Assembly (NCBI GenBank): GCA_012295275.1
Contig: CM022676.1
Span: forward strand, 4,402,001 to 4,466,000
Direction of reading: 5' to 3'
Length of the DNA: 64,000 nt
Origin: Chrysomallon squamiferum
Lineage: Eukaryota > Animalia > Mollusca
Shown here: piece by piece, positions 1-13,797 of the stretch
Numbering within the stretch: the stretch's first letter is position 1
Layout: every line of letters starts with the position of its first letter
Translations under genes and position numbers: made by a program
Notes under the pieces: model-generated
What the model was told of the DNA's origin: nothing
Databases searched by the model: none
What the model saw: only the letters and a program-made list of their open reading frames with translations

Positions 1-266
1 TAATGTACGTATGTCTGTGTGTACCGATGTACGTATTAATTAATATATAATTGTAAGGATGGGTCATTTGTCATTTAAAACAATTTTAACGTAAAATAAC
101 TATTTACTTAAGCTGTATATGAAATATAAATGGAATTAGTATTTAGAATGTTTCTATTTTAAGGCTTACTCATTAAATCGGAAATCCAAAAATTCCGAAA
201 ATTCCGAAACATTTCGTATAAGGTATTGTCACCTTATATATATACTATTAATCATCGGAAAAGAAA

Positions 267-320
<54 letters not shown>

Positions 321-408
321 GTTTCTTTTTTCGTGAAAGTGTCTGAATAAATGTATGATTAACAAACAATACTCGTTTCCTTCTTTATCATTTATTAATA
401 GCACTTAC

Positions 409-513
409 CATCAGGTATTAAGACGTCATATGCGAACTCATATCCTCTTTCTCCCAGAGAAGAATATGAATTCTCTGAATCTTGAAGTTCTGTTGCTGGT
501 GCAGTCTGATTAT
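409..513 (-). CDS. Copy A ITAM exon 2, DNQTAPATELQDSENSYSSLGERGYEFAYDVLIPD
   Basis: 105 nt, phase 1-1, tttcag|...|gtaagt; YSSL-x8-YDVL. Confidence 0.83.
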
Positions 514-819
514 CTGAAACATGGAATTAAATTATGTTTTGCTTTATTTGAAAATTGTGATGTGCGGAGAAAACAATAATCATCCTAATTTGTGTATATA
601 TATATATAAATACACAAATACATAGATACATACATATACATCGATCTAAGAGTGTGTCTGTGTATTATATTTTACAGCTATTTCAAAATCATTTATGAAG
701 TGTCTCTCTTCAAATCTAGAAAAATGTTAACATTTTATAGAAAGATATTTCTAGACAAAGATATTCCTAAATCTATATAAAACTATTTCGTTCATATTTA
801 GAATCTAGCTTTTCTCAAA

Positions 820-897
<78 letters not shown>

Positions 898-1126
898 ATA
901 TATATATATATATTTATATATATGTATGTATATATATATATATACGTATGTATATGTATGTATGTATGTATGTATGTATATGAATGTATGTGTGTGTATA
1001 TATATATATGTATGTATGTAATATATGTTTATGGGGATTTCTTTTCGCGAAATTGTCTGAATAAGCGTATAGTTAAAAACTATACTCGTTTTCTTCTTTA
1101 GCATTTATTAATATCAGTTCACTTAC

Positions 1127-1212
1127 CACCAGGCAATAAGATGTCATACGAGACGTCATTTTCTCTTTCCTCTAGAGAAGAATATGAATTCTCCGTATTC
1201 TGATGCACATTG
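1127..1212 (-). CDS. Copy A ITAM exon 1, NVHQNTENSYSSLEERENDVSYDILLPG
   Basis: 86 nt, cag|...|gtaagt; YSSL-x8-YDIL. Confidence 0.8.
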
Positions 1213-1478
1213 CTGATTGTGAAATTGCAAACGTAAATAAAATATACTACATATGCATTGATGCAATAATCCGAGAATCAGCGAAAGAATGCAAACACGT
1301 ACATACATACATACACACATGCACACATACATACACACATACATAGATATATACACACATATATATATACACACAAAATACATAGAGATATACATAAGCA
1401 CATTTAGACAGATGCACATAAGCACATGAATTATATTTTACGGAAAGAAAAATAGTAAAAAAGTATAAATTAATTTAC

Positions 1479-1509
1479 CTTTGTTGGTTCCAATTTGGAT
1501 TGTTTTCTT
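1479..1509 (-). CDS. Copy A 31-nt cytoplasmic microexon
   Basis: cag|31 nt|gtaaat. Length and splice sites are conserved in four copies, and it converts phase 1 to the phase 2 needed by the next exon. Confidence 0.7.
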
Positions 1510-1511
1510 CT

Positions 1512-1560
<49 letters not shown>

Positions 1561-2122
1561 TAACAATAACAACAATGATAATAATAACAACCTTTTCATC
1601 ATCATGAGTATAGTAGTGTAGTAATAGTTTTAGTTTTAGTAGGATGAAGTAGTAGTGGTAGTAGTAGTCAACCTAATACTAGTTATTTCTTACGTGCTTA
1701 AATCGTCATGAAACATTTTCAGCGTGATGCCTGTTAAATTTATCATTAAATGTTCTTGTTCTTAGACATCATTTTTTATCTCAGCCATCAGGTGGCTGAA
1801 ATACACAGGTGGTTTCAAAAACAGGTTTGATTACTCTGTGTAAGGTAATTGTGTAATGTAATCTTGATTTATCTCCCCTTTACTCTATGGGTAAGTGTAA
1901 TTAAAATACATAATAAAATAAATGAAAGAACAAGGAAAAAAATAAATATTCAAAGAACAAACAAACATTAGTATGAATATATGAATAAATGAACGAACGA
2001 TCAAGTGGATGAATGAATAAATAAATAAAGAATAGAAAAAAAAAAATTCAATTAAAAAGAAAGAAAGAAAGGAAGAAAGAAGGAAGGAAGCAAACAGAAC
2101 AAACAAACAAACAAACAAATAC

Positions 2123-2239
2123 TTCTTTTGTTTCGGACGTAGAGAACAACGACAGTGACAATGATAACAGACAGAACAAGGAAAATTCCAAAAACGCTGC
2201 CAAATTCTTTTCCAAACTGACCGTTGTCTTCTACAGGGC
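2123..2239 (-). CDS. Copy A transmembrane exon CPVEDNGQFGKEFGSVFGIFLVLSVIIVTVVVLYVRNKR
   Basis: 117 nt, phase 1-1. About 22 hydrophobic residues followed by basic RNKR; same length in B, D' and E. Confidence 0.87.
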
Positions 2240-2476
2240 CTGAAAATTCATTATTGAAAATAAAAACGTGAGATTAAGTTAATATATACTACTCAAAATA
2301 AGTTAAGGGTCATAGACGTTTGTGCAAATAAAGATAAGCTAATATGCTGAAATTCTCACGACTAATGACAAGTTATTTATTTGATGTTTCAAAACCAAGA
2401 AACAAAAAATAAAAACACCTTTGCTTGGAAACTAGTTTACTACCCAGATGGAGAAAGACATGCATCTCCAGAAATG

Positions 2477-3000
2477 GTAACTGGTGTAGCCCACATTAGC
2501 ACTCACACATTCTCGGCAACGTTGGCACACGCTATTAACCAGGTGCTGGAACTAAAACTGAGGAATCATTTGTCATTCTGCAATAATTGCTGAGCCAGAT
2601 GCTGGAAGTTGACGGCATGGACATGTTGTGATCGACATAGTCCATCCGACCTAACAAGGCAAGAGCTGAACGTTTTCCTGCTGTAGGAAATTGGTCACTA
2701 CCCTGGCACGATGGAATCGTGGGTTGTCGTCATGGAACCAAGCTCCATTAATGATCTACAGAAGGGTTTTGTGATTCATGGGTGCGTCTACTCACACCAT
2801 TCCACTTTCTCTTCGAAATGGTAGATGATGAACAACGTTAACATCAGCAAATCTTATTCGTTGACGAAGGTAAACACGAGCGCGCCCATCACTCAGCTAG
2901 AGAAGTCCTGTGATTCATCTGTGATATCCTGCACTGGATATGACGTCTGCGCCGGTGAAGGCGAGCGAATCTGTTAAGTCTGACTGTATGTTTTTGCTTC
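2477..3000 (-). mobile_element. Degenerate Tc1/mariner-like transposase fragment in the Ig5-TM intron of copy A
   Basis: GC-richer island absent from the same intron of D' and E. Minus-strand peptides TDES, FHDDNPRFHRARVVTNFLQQENVQLLP and RCRECVSANVGYTSY resemble Tc1 DDE-domain motifs. Boundaries approximate. Confidence 0.7.
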
Positions 3001-3734
3001 AATTCCATGAAACGGAAATCTGAGTTAATTTTTAAAAATACTAAATATAAGGGCAATGATTGCATGTCCCTTATGTCTATAGTCCTGATGACGACACAAA
3101 GGTTGTTATTCTAACACTATCTGCCGCCTCAAAAAAAAAAGAAAAAAAAGATACTTCCAAAAATAATTTTAAGAATGCTTTCGACCTTAACTTCTTTTGA
3201 GTTGTTTATTAATTATACTTCTTCAGTAGATTAATAATTTGTATTTGCTATTATTAATATGTCTTCAGAGAGTAGGTTATTATTTATTTGCTATAGTTAA
3301 GTTATCTTTAGTTAAAACGGTAGCTTTTATTACTATCAGTTATGTCTTCTGTAACAAACATGAACATATGCATACTACATAACACATACTACATAAGCAC
3401 ACACACACATACGCACGTAAATACACACAGATGGACACATATATACATAATATATACATACATATATAAAAACACACTTACATAGATATATATTTATACA
3501 TATTCATACTTGCATGCATGCATATAGTTTACATTGCACATATCTATCTATTTCTCTATCTATATCTATCTATCTGTCTATCTATCTATATATATATATG
3601 TGTGTGTGTGTGTCAGTTTACCTATGTATATGTAGGTGTGTATTTATCTTTCTACATATATATGTAAATGTAGGTGTATATTTATGTGTCTACATATAAA
3701 TGTATATACACTTACATATACATAAGTATACTCG

Positions 3735-3765
<31 letters not shown>

Positions 3766-3831
3766 ACCTATACACGTACATTTATACATACACACATACC
3801 ACCGCACAAATTAAGAATCAAGATAACGTAC

Positions 3832-4110
3832 ATAGATGAAACGATTCCAAAGATTTTCTGACTGCTGTTTTCACTTTGTTTTCGGCCTCACAATAAAATC
3901 CTTCCCAATCTGAACAGGATGTCACTATCCAACTGTACTCCAATGTTGTAGCGTTCTGAACTTGGTGCAGCAGTTGTCTCCCTTTCAGTATTTTAATGGC
4001 GGACTTCGGTTTACTGGCAACGTTACATATAAACGTTGCATTTACTTTATTCTCCCTTGCATTGTTAGTCAAATGTTCAATGATCACTTTCGTCATAATG
4101 GACGGTTGGT
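3832..4110 (-). CDS. Copy A Ig5 exon (membrane-proximal Ig)
   Basis: 279 nt, cag|...|gtacgt; ATFICNVASKP..DWEGFYCEAEN. Confidence 0.85.
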
Positions 4111-4161
4111 CTGCAGTAAAAAAAAGTAGACTTTAATATTTCTCTACCATTTATTATCAAA

Positions 4162-4282
<121 letters not shown>

Positions 4283-4403
4283 GTCTGTCTCCCTCTCTCT
4301 CTCCCCCTCCCTCCCTCTGAATTTCTCTGTGAATAGTTTTTATAAAACTATTTTATGATTTGTATTAAAAATTCATCTAAAAATAAAATGAATTAAAACT
4401 CAC

Positions 4404-4664
4404 ACGCAACGTTAATAACAGCTTTTGTATGTGATGTTTGGTTCGTATCCGGATTAGAAGCAGTGCATGTGTAGACGCCATCTTGAAATCTCGTGATATT
4501 AGTCAGTGCCAGTAGTCCGTTGTTACTGACAATCTGAGTGGTCAGTTGCCATCTGTAAAGGCATTTGGTGGTGCAATCGGCGTTGCATAACAATGTGACG
4601 TCACTTCCTTCCTCTACAGTGATGTCAGATGAAGAATTGACTCGAAGTGAGCTGCCGGGATAGT
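4404..4664 (-). CDS. Copy A Ig4 exon (C2-like)
   Basis: 261 nt, cag|...|gtgagt; EGSDVTLLC..YRW..LALTNI..QDGVYTCTASN. Confidence 0.88.
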
Positions 4665-4888
4665 CTGTGAAGAAATAATAATAATAAATTAATTAATTAA
4701 TTGATTAATAATATTAATAATATTAATAATTAATCAATAAATAAATATATCAATCATAATTGTTTGTTTCTATTATGATCAACATGATCTTCATGATAAT
4801 AATAATCATCAACTTCATCGTCATCATAATCATCATTATTATTGTTATACCTGCTGATACTGTTGTTGTTGTTGTTGTTGTTATTGTT

Positions 4889-4933
<45 letters not shown>

Positions 4934-4964
4934 GTTATTATAAATTAAATTGAAATTATAATAC

Positions 4965-5276
4965 CTCTAACTTTCAACACAATTGTGTTACTCGAATATT
5001 GATGATCGATATTTTCACATCGCCAAATATTTCCTTCTTGATTTCTGTTGACAGATGTTATAGTAACTAGAAACTTGTTACGTAAACGTTTGAAAGTGTA
5101 ATTTCCACTAATACGTGACAAAACATTACAGTGTCCGGGACGAAAACTATACTGGTCATAGATGACGTCATTCTCAAACCACCTGACGTGATGTGAAGTT
5201 TGGAAAATCTGACATGTCAACGTAAATGAAAAACCGCTGACAGCGTAAGGGGCAGATCCTCGAAGATTCGGACGTC
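4965..5276 (-). CDS. Copy A Ig3 exon (V-like)
   Basis: 312 nt, cag|...|gtatta; FTLTC..WFEN..VTITSV..EGNIWRC..VLKVR. Confidence 0.88.
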
Positions 5277-5543
5277 CTGAAAGTAAACTGTAAACATTAA
5301 ACACGCCCTGGCACGCCCGGACACGCCCACACCCTGAGACACACAGAGAGAGACACACCCTCAGATAAATACATAGATAAAGCAATCTATAGCCTAACAA
5401 ATTGAATCTAATTTTATCTGGATATTCTTAAATAAACTTTTATATCTGGGTCTCTGATATTATAAATATACACGTCTAACAAATATTGACTTGTTTGTTT
5501 ATTTTATCATTTGTATTTTTACTATAATTAGTTTCTTACTTAC

Positions 5544-5808
5544 GATGAACAGTCAAATGAAGTGTTTTCATTAGCAGTTTGTTTCGAATCTGGATTTTCA
5601 GCCACGCACACATAGAGACCTGATTGTGATATATGAACATTAACCAATGACAGAATGTTTGTTTTACTTATAGGACGTCATTTGCGACCTTCCATTGATA
5701 ATTACAAGTGATGAAACAAGTCGCCGAACACAGACACTGTGACGTCACTTCCTTCCACAGCAGTCATAACAGAAGAAGTATTCAGTTTGAGTGATGTTCC
5801 AGGACCAT
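5544..5808 (-). pseudogene. Copy A Ig2 exon (C2-like), frameshifted as assembled
   Basis: 265 nt versus 261 in paralogs, from +1, +2 and +1 insertions. Stop after DLFHHL; splice sites intact. Could be sequencing error. Confidence 0.75.
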
Positions 5809-6146
5809 CTGTAAACAGCAAAAACTTTATCAACATCAGCATCATCATTATCGGCAGCTTCATCATCATTTTCTTCCTATTTTTGTTTAATCTTTCTGAC
5901 AGTAGACATTGTGGGTTGCTCGTATTGTTAGTTATGGATGTTGTCATCGAAGTGATGGTGATACCGTAGTGCTTCAGTTGTTGCTGATGATATTACAATT
6001 AGTACTAATGTCACTACTATTTATTTATTTTGTTATTTATTTATTTATTTATCTTTATTTTGCTAATATTTTCGCTGATTTATTTAGTTTATTGTTTTGT
6101 CATCATTAACAGTACATATTTCGATAATAATGAAACTGAATTTTAC

Positions 6147-6458
6147 CTCTCACTTCCAGTTTTATTTCATTGCTGCCTGGTTTAAAATCACCACATCTCC
6201 ACACTGTTCCATGTTGACTGAGTTTCACTGATTTTATTGTCAGAGTGTTAATACCATTTGAACAGTTAAAAGTGTATTCTTCTGGATGTTCATTATGAAA
6301 ATGACACTGACCGTGTCCATCTCGATCACTCATCCTGTATATTGTGTTATTCTCAAACCAACTTTTTACAAAAAAATGAAAATCACTCTGGCAGGTAAAA
6401 GTGAAAGGTGATCCACAAATTGCATATCTGTTTGATGTTGTTAAATTGTAATACAGAC
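6147..6458 (-). CDS. Copy A Ig1 exon (V-like domain)
   Basis: 312 nt, open, tag|...|gtaaaa; FTFTC..W..LTIKSV..HGTVWRC..IKLEVR Ig pattern. Confidence 0.88.
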
Positions 6459-7236
6459 CTAAAATTTAAAATAATAAAAACAAAAATCCAAATAAAATTA
6501 AATACATTATTTATAATTACATTCTTGTTATGTTTTTGTGTTATTTTCATTAATTTATTTAATTACTATTAATTTATACTTTATTTTCATTAATTTATTT
6601 ATTTATTATTTATTTATAGTTTATTCCATAATTATGTTACATTACGTTACGTTACTTTACACTTTGTTATGAACCGTCATGTTGTTATGTTATGTTATGT
6701 TGTCCCATGTTTTAATACAGATATGTTTGAAAAATTCAAATCACACAATTACGAATATATTTTTTACATTAGTCAACGAAACATAACTTCGACTCAATTT
6801 AGATTTCACAGTTTGTAAATTAATTGAACGCAGATACAGAAAAATGGTTCCCTTTCAAAACACAGAGATACAGCCTATAATGTAGCCACGCCATTTCATA
6901 GACAAAACTCTTTATTGGGTCATTTATCCTGTACACCCCTGACTGCTTTAATGGTATGCTCCAGTCTGTTCATTCAAGCAACAACGAGAGCCTATTTCCT
7001 ATCTGGCAAATGCAATTAATAAATCTACAAATAAATGTATAAATAAATATAATTTTATATAATTTTGTATTGAGTTCTGTATTTAGTTGTACCAGACTAT
7101 TCCATAATTTATTACATGTATTATTCAAGGTAAACGGCGGGTAATTAGTAAATGCACTCAACCGTGTCTTCTGTTGTTTATGCTAGACTATTCTATATGA
7201 GAAGCCTGTCATTTGGGACGAATATAAAATACATAC

Positions 7237-7294
7237 CTTGTACGTAAATTACAGATCCCAGCAACACGAACACACAGAATAACTTACAACTCAT
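7237..7294 (-). CDS. Copy A exon 1, signal peptide MSCKLFCVFVLLGSVIYVQ(G)
   Basis: ATG, hydrophobic 19 codons plus 1 nt, donor CAAG|GTATGT; phase 1 matches the next exon. Confidence 0.85.
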
Positions 7295-7438
7295 TTCCAG
7301 TGTTTTAGTTTTAACTGCCGTTAATAAAAATATTGTTACTTTCTTTTCTTGACTTCTTTTTAGATTTTACTGCTGCTAATGTAAAACCAGTTTTCGACGC
7401 CTTCTTCTTGTACTTTATTCTGGTAACTTATGACGTTT

Positions 7439-7482
7439 ACTTCCTGTGTCAAACATAACGTGACCAAAAGTCTCATTGGCTC
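7439..7482 (-). promoter_or_regulatory. Putative proximal promoter of copy A: CCAAT box plus ETS-type CAGGAAGT
   Basis: AGCCAATGAG and ACAGGAAGT lie about 150-190 bp upstream of the leader ATG and recur before other leaders (about 36093-36134, 47281-47322, 52930-52973). Confidence 0.45.
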
Positions 7483-8195
7483 TGCATATTTATTAATAAA
7501 CTAAATCCACTCGATTGAATCAGAAAAAATACCTAATGCAGCCTTAAATATAACATACAGAGTTGTATTTTGAATAGTTAATTCTTCTTCGTAGGTTATT
7601 TCTTCTTCTTCTTCTTCGTTTTCTTTTTATTTTCTTTAATTTTTTTTGTATTTATTTATACTTTTGGTTAATTTATTTTATTTATTTATTTTTTTTGTAT
7701 TTATCTACGTTTATAAGTATGTTGAAGGTATTTTACCTTACAGGTGTATGTATTTCGGTATTTGCATTTATACATATATGTAAATATACATGTAGTTAAG
7801 TACGTATATTTATATGTATATATCTCTATATGTATATATGTATGAATGTGTGTATATGTGTGTGTTTACATATATATATATGTGTGTGTGTGCGTGTATG
7901 TCTGTGTTTACATATATATACATATATACACAAACATACTTGCACACACACATATATGTAATGTTAAAATATATATATATATATAGATATATATAGCATG
8001 TACATATGTTGTATATCATATTTATGAGCGTAGGCAGGTAGGTGGTATATGTGCATGTTCGGGTATCAGTGTATGCTTGTATAGCTGTATACATACATAC
8101 CTATATATATGTGTGTGTGTGTGTGTGTATGTGTGTGTGTAAGTAAGTGTGCGTGTGCATTTTTAGTAATTAGAAATCTTTGCTGCATAGATAAA

Positions 8196-8232
8196 GGGCG
8201 GCCATTTTGAATTGTGGCGTAACCTAGGCAAC
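8196..8232. promoter_or_regulatory. Recurrent upstream element with YY1-like GGCCATTTT and RFX X-box-like GTAACCTAGGCAAC
   Basis: GC-rich block about 0.9 kb upstream of leaders. Copies near 14445, 23140, 26100, 35370, 39470, 42680, 44735, 45430, 48015, 49380 and 52260. Confidence 0.4.
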
Positions 8233-8723
8233 ATGGATGTTTGCCAAGTTTTGTTTCTTACTTTATGACAAGACTTGGTCACTCTTATTTTGGTATGTTG
8301 TAACTCTACCACTCTTTTCAAAACCAGCCATGGATGGAAAAAGTCGAACAAAAGATTTAACGCAAAACACATGATACTCTTTCTGTCAAGTCATTGAGTA
8401 ACATACTCTTTCTATTGTGTTCGGTTTATACTCCAATATGTGTGTATGTGTGTGTGTGTGTGTATGTGTGTGTGGTATGTGTGTAGGTGTGTGTGCGTTA
8501 TTACTGTTGTTGTTTTGTTATTATTATTATGGTTGCTTTGTTACATATTTTTATATTGTATTACATTATGTTACACGTCGTTACGTTACGTTGTGTAGTG
8601 TACTGTCATGTTATTCTATATTATGTTCGTATGAATGTATGTGTGTGTGTGTATATACATATATGTATATATGTATGTATATATCTCAATATGTATATAT
8701 CTATGTATGTGGGTATATGTTTG

Positions 8724-8771
<48 letters not shown>

Positions 8772-9393
8772 CATATATACATAACTCACAAACACAGACA
8801 CACGCACACACACACACACATAAATAGAGTGTAGAGTTACAACATCCCAAAATAAAACTGACCAAGTCATGTGATGACGCATATATATCTATCTATATAT
8901 ATATATTTAAACATTCGTCAGTTTTATTTTGGTATATGAAATGTTTAAATATATGTATATATATATATATACGTCATGACATCACGTGGTCAGTTTTATT
9001 GTGGTATGTTGTGACTGTACCACTCTGTTTAAAACCAGTCATGCATGGAAAAAGACGAACAAAAGATTTAACGCAAAACACATGATACTCTTTCTGTCAA
9101 GTCATTGAGTAGCATACTCTTTCTATTGTGTTCGGTTTATACTGGAATATGTTTGTGTGTGTGTGTGTGTGTCTGTATGTTATTACTGTTGTTGTTTTGT
9201 TATTACTATTATGCTTGCTTTATTAAATATTTGTATACTATATTACATTATGTTACATTGCGTTAGGTTAGGCTGTATAGTGTACTGTCATACTCTGATA
9301 TATTATGTACGTATGAATATGTGTGCGTGTGTGTGTGTATATATATATCTGTTTCTGTGTATGTATACTATACCTATGTATGTGTATACGTTT

Positions 9394-9444
<51 letters not shown>

Positions 9445-10848
9445 GTTTAGTAGTTAAGTGACTCTCCTTTATTATGTCCCTTTTCTGTTTTCCTGTTCTA
9501 ACTGCTTGTTAACAATACGTTTAACCCATGTTCTGTCATTTCGTTAGACATACGTTGTTACATATGTAATTATATATTCAGAGACAGTGATTGGGTAGAC
9601 AGATGGATGGATGTGTGGATACAATGAAGTAAAGAGAGAAAGAACGATCAGACAGAGTAACAGGTAAATAGAGAATAACAGAAAAGAAAAGAGAGGTGTG
9701 CAAAATCAGAATTGTTTAAATACAAAAATCGATGGAGAAAGCTTGTTATAAACAAAGACACACAAACAGACGAACACATTTGAAAAACAAAGACAAACAT
9801 TACTTTACCTATTGTGTACGAAGGGAAAGAATAAAATATAGCAGAGAACTGGAAAATGTATTTATTATGTCAACGAAAAGATCTTTGTAGTCACGAACAC
9901 AGAAAGAATCCTGCTGCTATGATAAAGATAGATAATATAATGAGCAGAAAAAATAGTACACACTTGTTTACTATTTACATCACTGCCTTTCATTACATCC
10001 TGTTTCCTATTTCCCATTCTAACTGCTTGATCACAGTTCCTTTAACCCATTTTCTCTCATTTCGGTCTTTTATTACATAACAAACAATTCCCAATAAAAT
10101 CTAACAGTACAGAGAAAGACACTTAACACGAAACATGCACACACAGAAACATTGTTTAAAAAAACAAAAGCATTTTAGATCCAATAAAATCCGTTTATTT
10201 CAATATAAAATAAAAAAATAAAAATAAAAAAGTCGATTCGTACTCCCGAACCCTCATCAAACTTTTGGAAAATTATTATGTAGCATTATGCTTCACTCAA
10301 TGTAAATAGAGAATAAAAAATATGAAAAACTCACAAGTATCACCAAAAAAGAGAATAGCATGGTTAATTATAGTTTACGAAGCCCTGGAAAGGAAACTCT
10401 TGTTAGTACAAAAAAAAAAAAAAAAGATTTAAATATAGTTTTATTCTGCCATTGTCAGGCAGGAATTTCGTTTCTCATGTTACTGTTGTACAAGAAAATA
10501 GAGACTTTCACGACGTCAAGGATCTTACATCTCAATTTTACGTCATAAATCTCCCGAAGTTTACACTTAGTTAGAGTCACATCTCAGACAATGGTAATGA
10601 ATGATTAAAAATTCGCGATTAGCAACTCATTAAAATATTTATAACTTTTCTCACAATTAGCTATTTACACAGTTCAAATGTGGTGTCACTGTAGAAACTG
10701 AAGTCCTTGTATAATAATAAATAAAAACATTAACTAATTAATATTCTGTACGTTTTCATGAATCAGTTTTAAGAAGTGTATGATCAACAAATAGAACTTG
10801 CTTTCTTCTTTATCATTCATGAACAGCAGTTTCGTTTATTTTCAAACT

Positions 10849-13413
10849 TTAACACATCTCTGTCTAGTGTTGTACAGACGGTGGCGCAGTCTGATTATCT
10901 GAAACATGGAATGAAATTTTCGTTTCTATAAAACTTGTGAGATGTGGAGAAAACAATAATCGTGCTAACGTGTGAGTATGTACACATATATATATAAACA
11001 CAGTTTCAACATAAAATAACTATTTAGGTAAGCTGTATATGAAAGATAAATGGAATTAATCTTTACAATGTTTCTATTTTAACGCTACCTCATCAAATAG
11101 ATAATAAAACAATTCCGAAAATTCCGAAACATTTCCGATAAGTGATTCAGCTTAGGTATGTACGATTAATCACCGGAAAAGAAATATCTATCTATCCATC
11201 TGTCTATCTATCTATCTTGTTTCTGTTTTCGTGGAAGTGTCTGAATAAGCGTATGGTTAACAAACAATACTGGTTTTCTTCTTTATTATTAATTAATATC
11301 AGTTCTCTTACCATCAGGTATTAAAACGTCATATGTGAACTCATATCGTCTTTCCTCTACAGAAAAATATGAATTCTCTGTATCTTGATGTTCTGCTGCT
11401 GCTGCAGTCTGATTACCTGAAACATGTTTTGTTATATTTAAAAATTGTGATGTGCGAAGAAAACAATAATCGTGCTAATGTGTGTCTGTGTATATTATAT
11501 TAGAAAATAAACTAAAAAGAATCAATTAAGAAGAAAGAAAGAAAGAAAGAAGGAAGGAAGGAAAGAAGGATACAAACAAACAAATATATAAACAAATCAA
11601 TAAATACTTCTTTTGCATCGGAAGTAGAGGAAAACGATGATGACTATGATAACAGACAGAACGAAAAAAGTTCCAAAACCGCTGCCAAATCCTTTTCCAA
11701 ACTGACCGTTGTCTTCAACAGGACCTGAAAATTCAGTAAAGAAAATAAAAACGTGAGATTACGTTATTATATGCTACTCAAAATAAGTTAAGGGTCAAAA
11801 ATGTTTGTCAAAAAAAGAAAAGAAAGATATTTCCAAAAATAATTAACATTTTAATATTTCTCTATCATTTCTGATGCATGCATCCATATCTCTCTCTCTG
11901 TCTCTCTGAATCTCTCTGAATAGTTTTTTTATAACTACTTATGATCTGTATTCAAAATTAAATTCAAAATAAAATAAAGTAAAACAAACGTAAAAAAAAC
12001 CGCGAATGATCCTTGGGGTATACGTCGAAGTTAAACTGAAGATGAGTTACGTACGTGACACGTATCGTACATCCTGTACGTGATCTAATACGTTGACGGG
12101 GTCCGTCTATACTAAGCTGTTCTACAGACTTGATATTCGCACGTAAACATTTATAATTGATTGTCTGATATTTGAAGCATACACCTCTAACAAATACTAA
12201 GTAATTTGTGAATTTTATCATTTTTATTTTTACGATAATTAGATTGTTAGTTAAGAATGTTGTCGTCGAAGTGATAAATACTAAGTTATTTGTTTACTTT
12301 ATCATTTTTATTTTCAATAAAATTAGATTCTTACTTCCACAGCAGTCACTTCCTTCAACAGCAGTCACAACAGATGAAGTATTCAGCTTGAGTGATGTTC
12401 CAGGACAACCTGAAAAAAGCACATTATCAACATGATCATCATTATCGGCAGCATCATCATCATTGTCTTCATAGATTTGTTTATTCTTTCTGACAGTAGA
12501 AATTGTGGGTTGCTCATATTGTTAGTTATGGATGTTGTCGTCGAAGTGATGGTGATAGTGCACTGTTTCAGTTATTGCTGATGATATTATAATTATTACT
12601 AATGTCACTACTATTTATTTATTTTGTTATTTATTTATTTATTTATATTTATTTTGCTAATATGTTTCCTGATTTATTTAGTTCATTGTTTTATCATGAT
12701 TAATAATTCGTAGGATGATGATAATGAAACTGAATTTTACCTCTCACTTCCAGTTTTATTTCATTGCTGCCTGGTTTAAAATCACCACATCTCCACACTG
12801 TTCCATGTTGACTGAGTTTCACTGATTTTATTGTCAGAGCGTTAATACCATCTGAACAGTTAAAAGTGTATTCTTCTGGATGTTCATTATGAAAATGACA
12901 CTGACCGTGTCCATCTACATTACTCATCCTGTATATTGTGTTATTCTCAAACTAGCTTATTACAAAAAAATGAAAATCTCTCTGGCAGGTAAAAGTAAAA
13001 GGTGACCCAAAATTGCATATGTGTTTGATGTTGTTAAATTGTAATAGAGACCTAAAATTTAAAATAATAAAAAAAAGAATTCAAATAAAATTAAATTCAT
13101 TTTTTATAATTACATTCTTGTTACGTATTTGTGTTATTTTTATTAATTTATTTATTTATTATTTATTTATACTTTATTCCATAAGTATGTTACATTACGT
13201 TACGTTACTTTACACTCTGTTATTATATCATGTTGTTATGTTATTGTCGCGTGTTTTAATACAGATATGTTTCAAAAATGCAAATGACACAATTACGCAT
13301 ATATTGTTAAAATTATTCAAGGAAACATAACTTCGACGCAATATAAAGTACATACCTTGTACGTAAATTACACATCCCAGCAACACGAACACACAGAATA
13401 ACTTACAACCCAT
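10849..13413 (-). pseudogene. Gene copy B: compact degenerate paralog
   Basis: Leader 13356-13413 intact. Ig1 12741-13051 is 311 nt (1-nt deletion, W codon changed to TAG). Ig2 is an internally deleted stub at about 12335-12409, and Ig3 and Ig5 are missing. TM 11608-11724, ITAM-like exon 11312-11416 (YFSV-x8-YDVL), terminal exon about 10849-10898. Confidence 0.82.
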
Positions 13414-13539
13414 TTCCAGTGTTTTAGTTTTAACTGCCGTTAATAAAAATATAGTTACTGTCTTTTCTTGACTGCTTTCTCGAATTTACTGCTGTTAATG
13501 TAAAAGCAGTTTTCGACGCCTTCTTGTTGTACTTTATTC

Positions 13540-13797
13540 TGGTAACGTATCAAGTTTCCTTCCTGCTTCATACACAATATGAACACAAGAGTCATTGGCT
13601 CTGCATATTTATTAATAAATTTATCCTGGTAACATATTAGATTTACATCCTGCTTCATATACAATATGAACACTAGTCTCATTGGCTCTGCATATTTATT
13701 AATAAACTTTATTCTGGTAACATAGCAGATTTACATCCTGCTTCATACACAATATGAACACTAGTCTCATTGGCTCTGCATATTTATTAATAAACAA
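13540..13797. repeat. About 90-bp unit repeated three times, triplicating the CCAAT-containing promoter segment of copy B
   Basis: tcctgcttcatacacaatatgaacac..gtctcattggctctgcatatttattaataaa occurs three times. Confidence 0.8.

Noticed and set aside
355-579. Plus-strand ORF MINKQYSF... and its paralog at 16197-16616
   Set aside because: These are antisense shadows of the minus-strand ITAM exons; their conservation is explained by those exons.
6100-6500. V(D)J-type recombination signal sequences flanking the V-like exons
   Set aside because: No heptamer/nonamer with a 12/23 spacer was seen, and each V-like exon already includes its G strand and splice donor.
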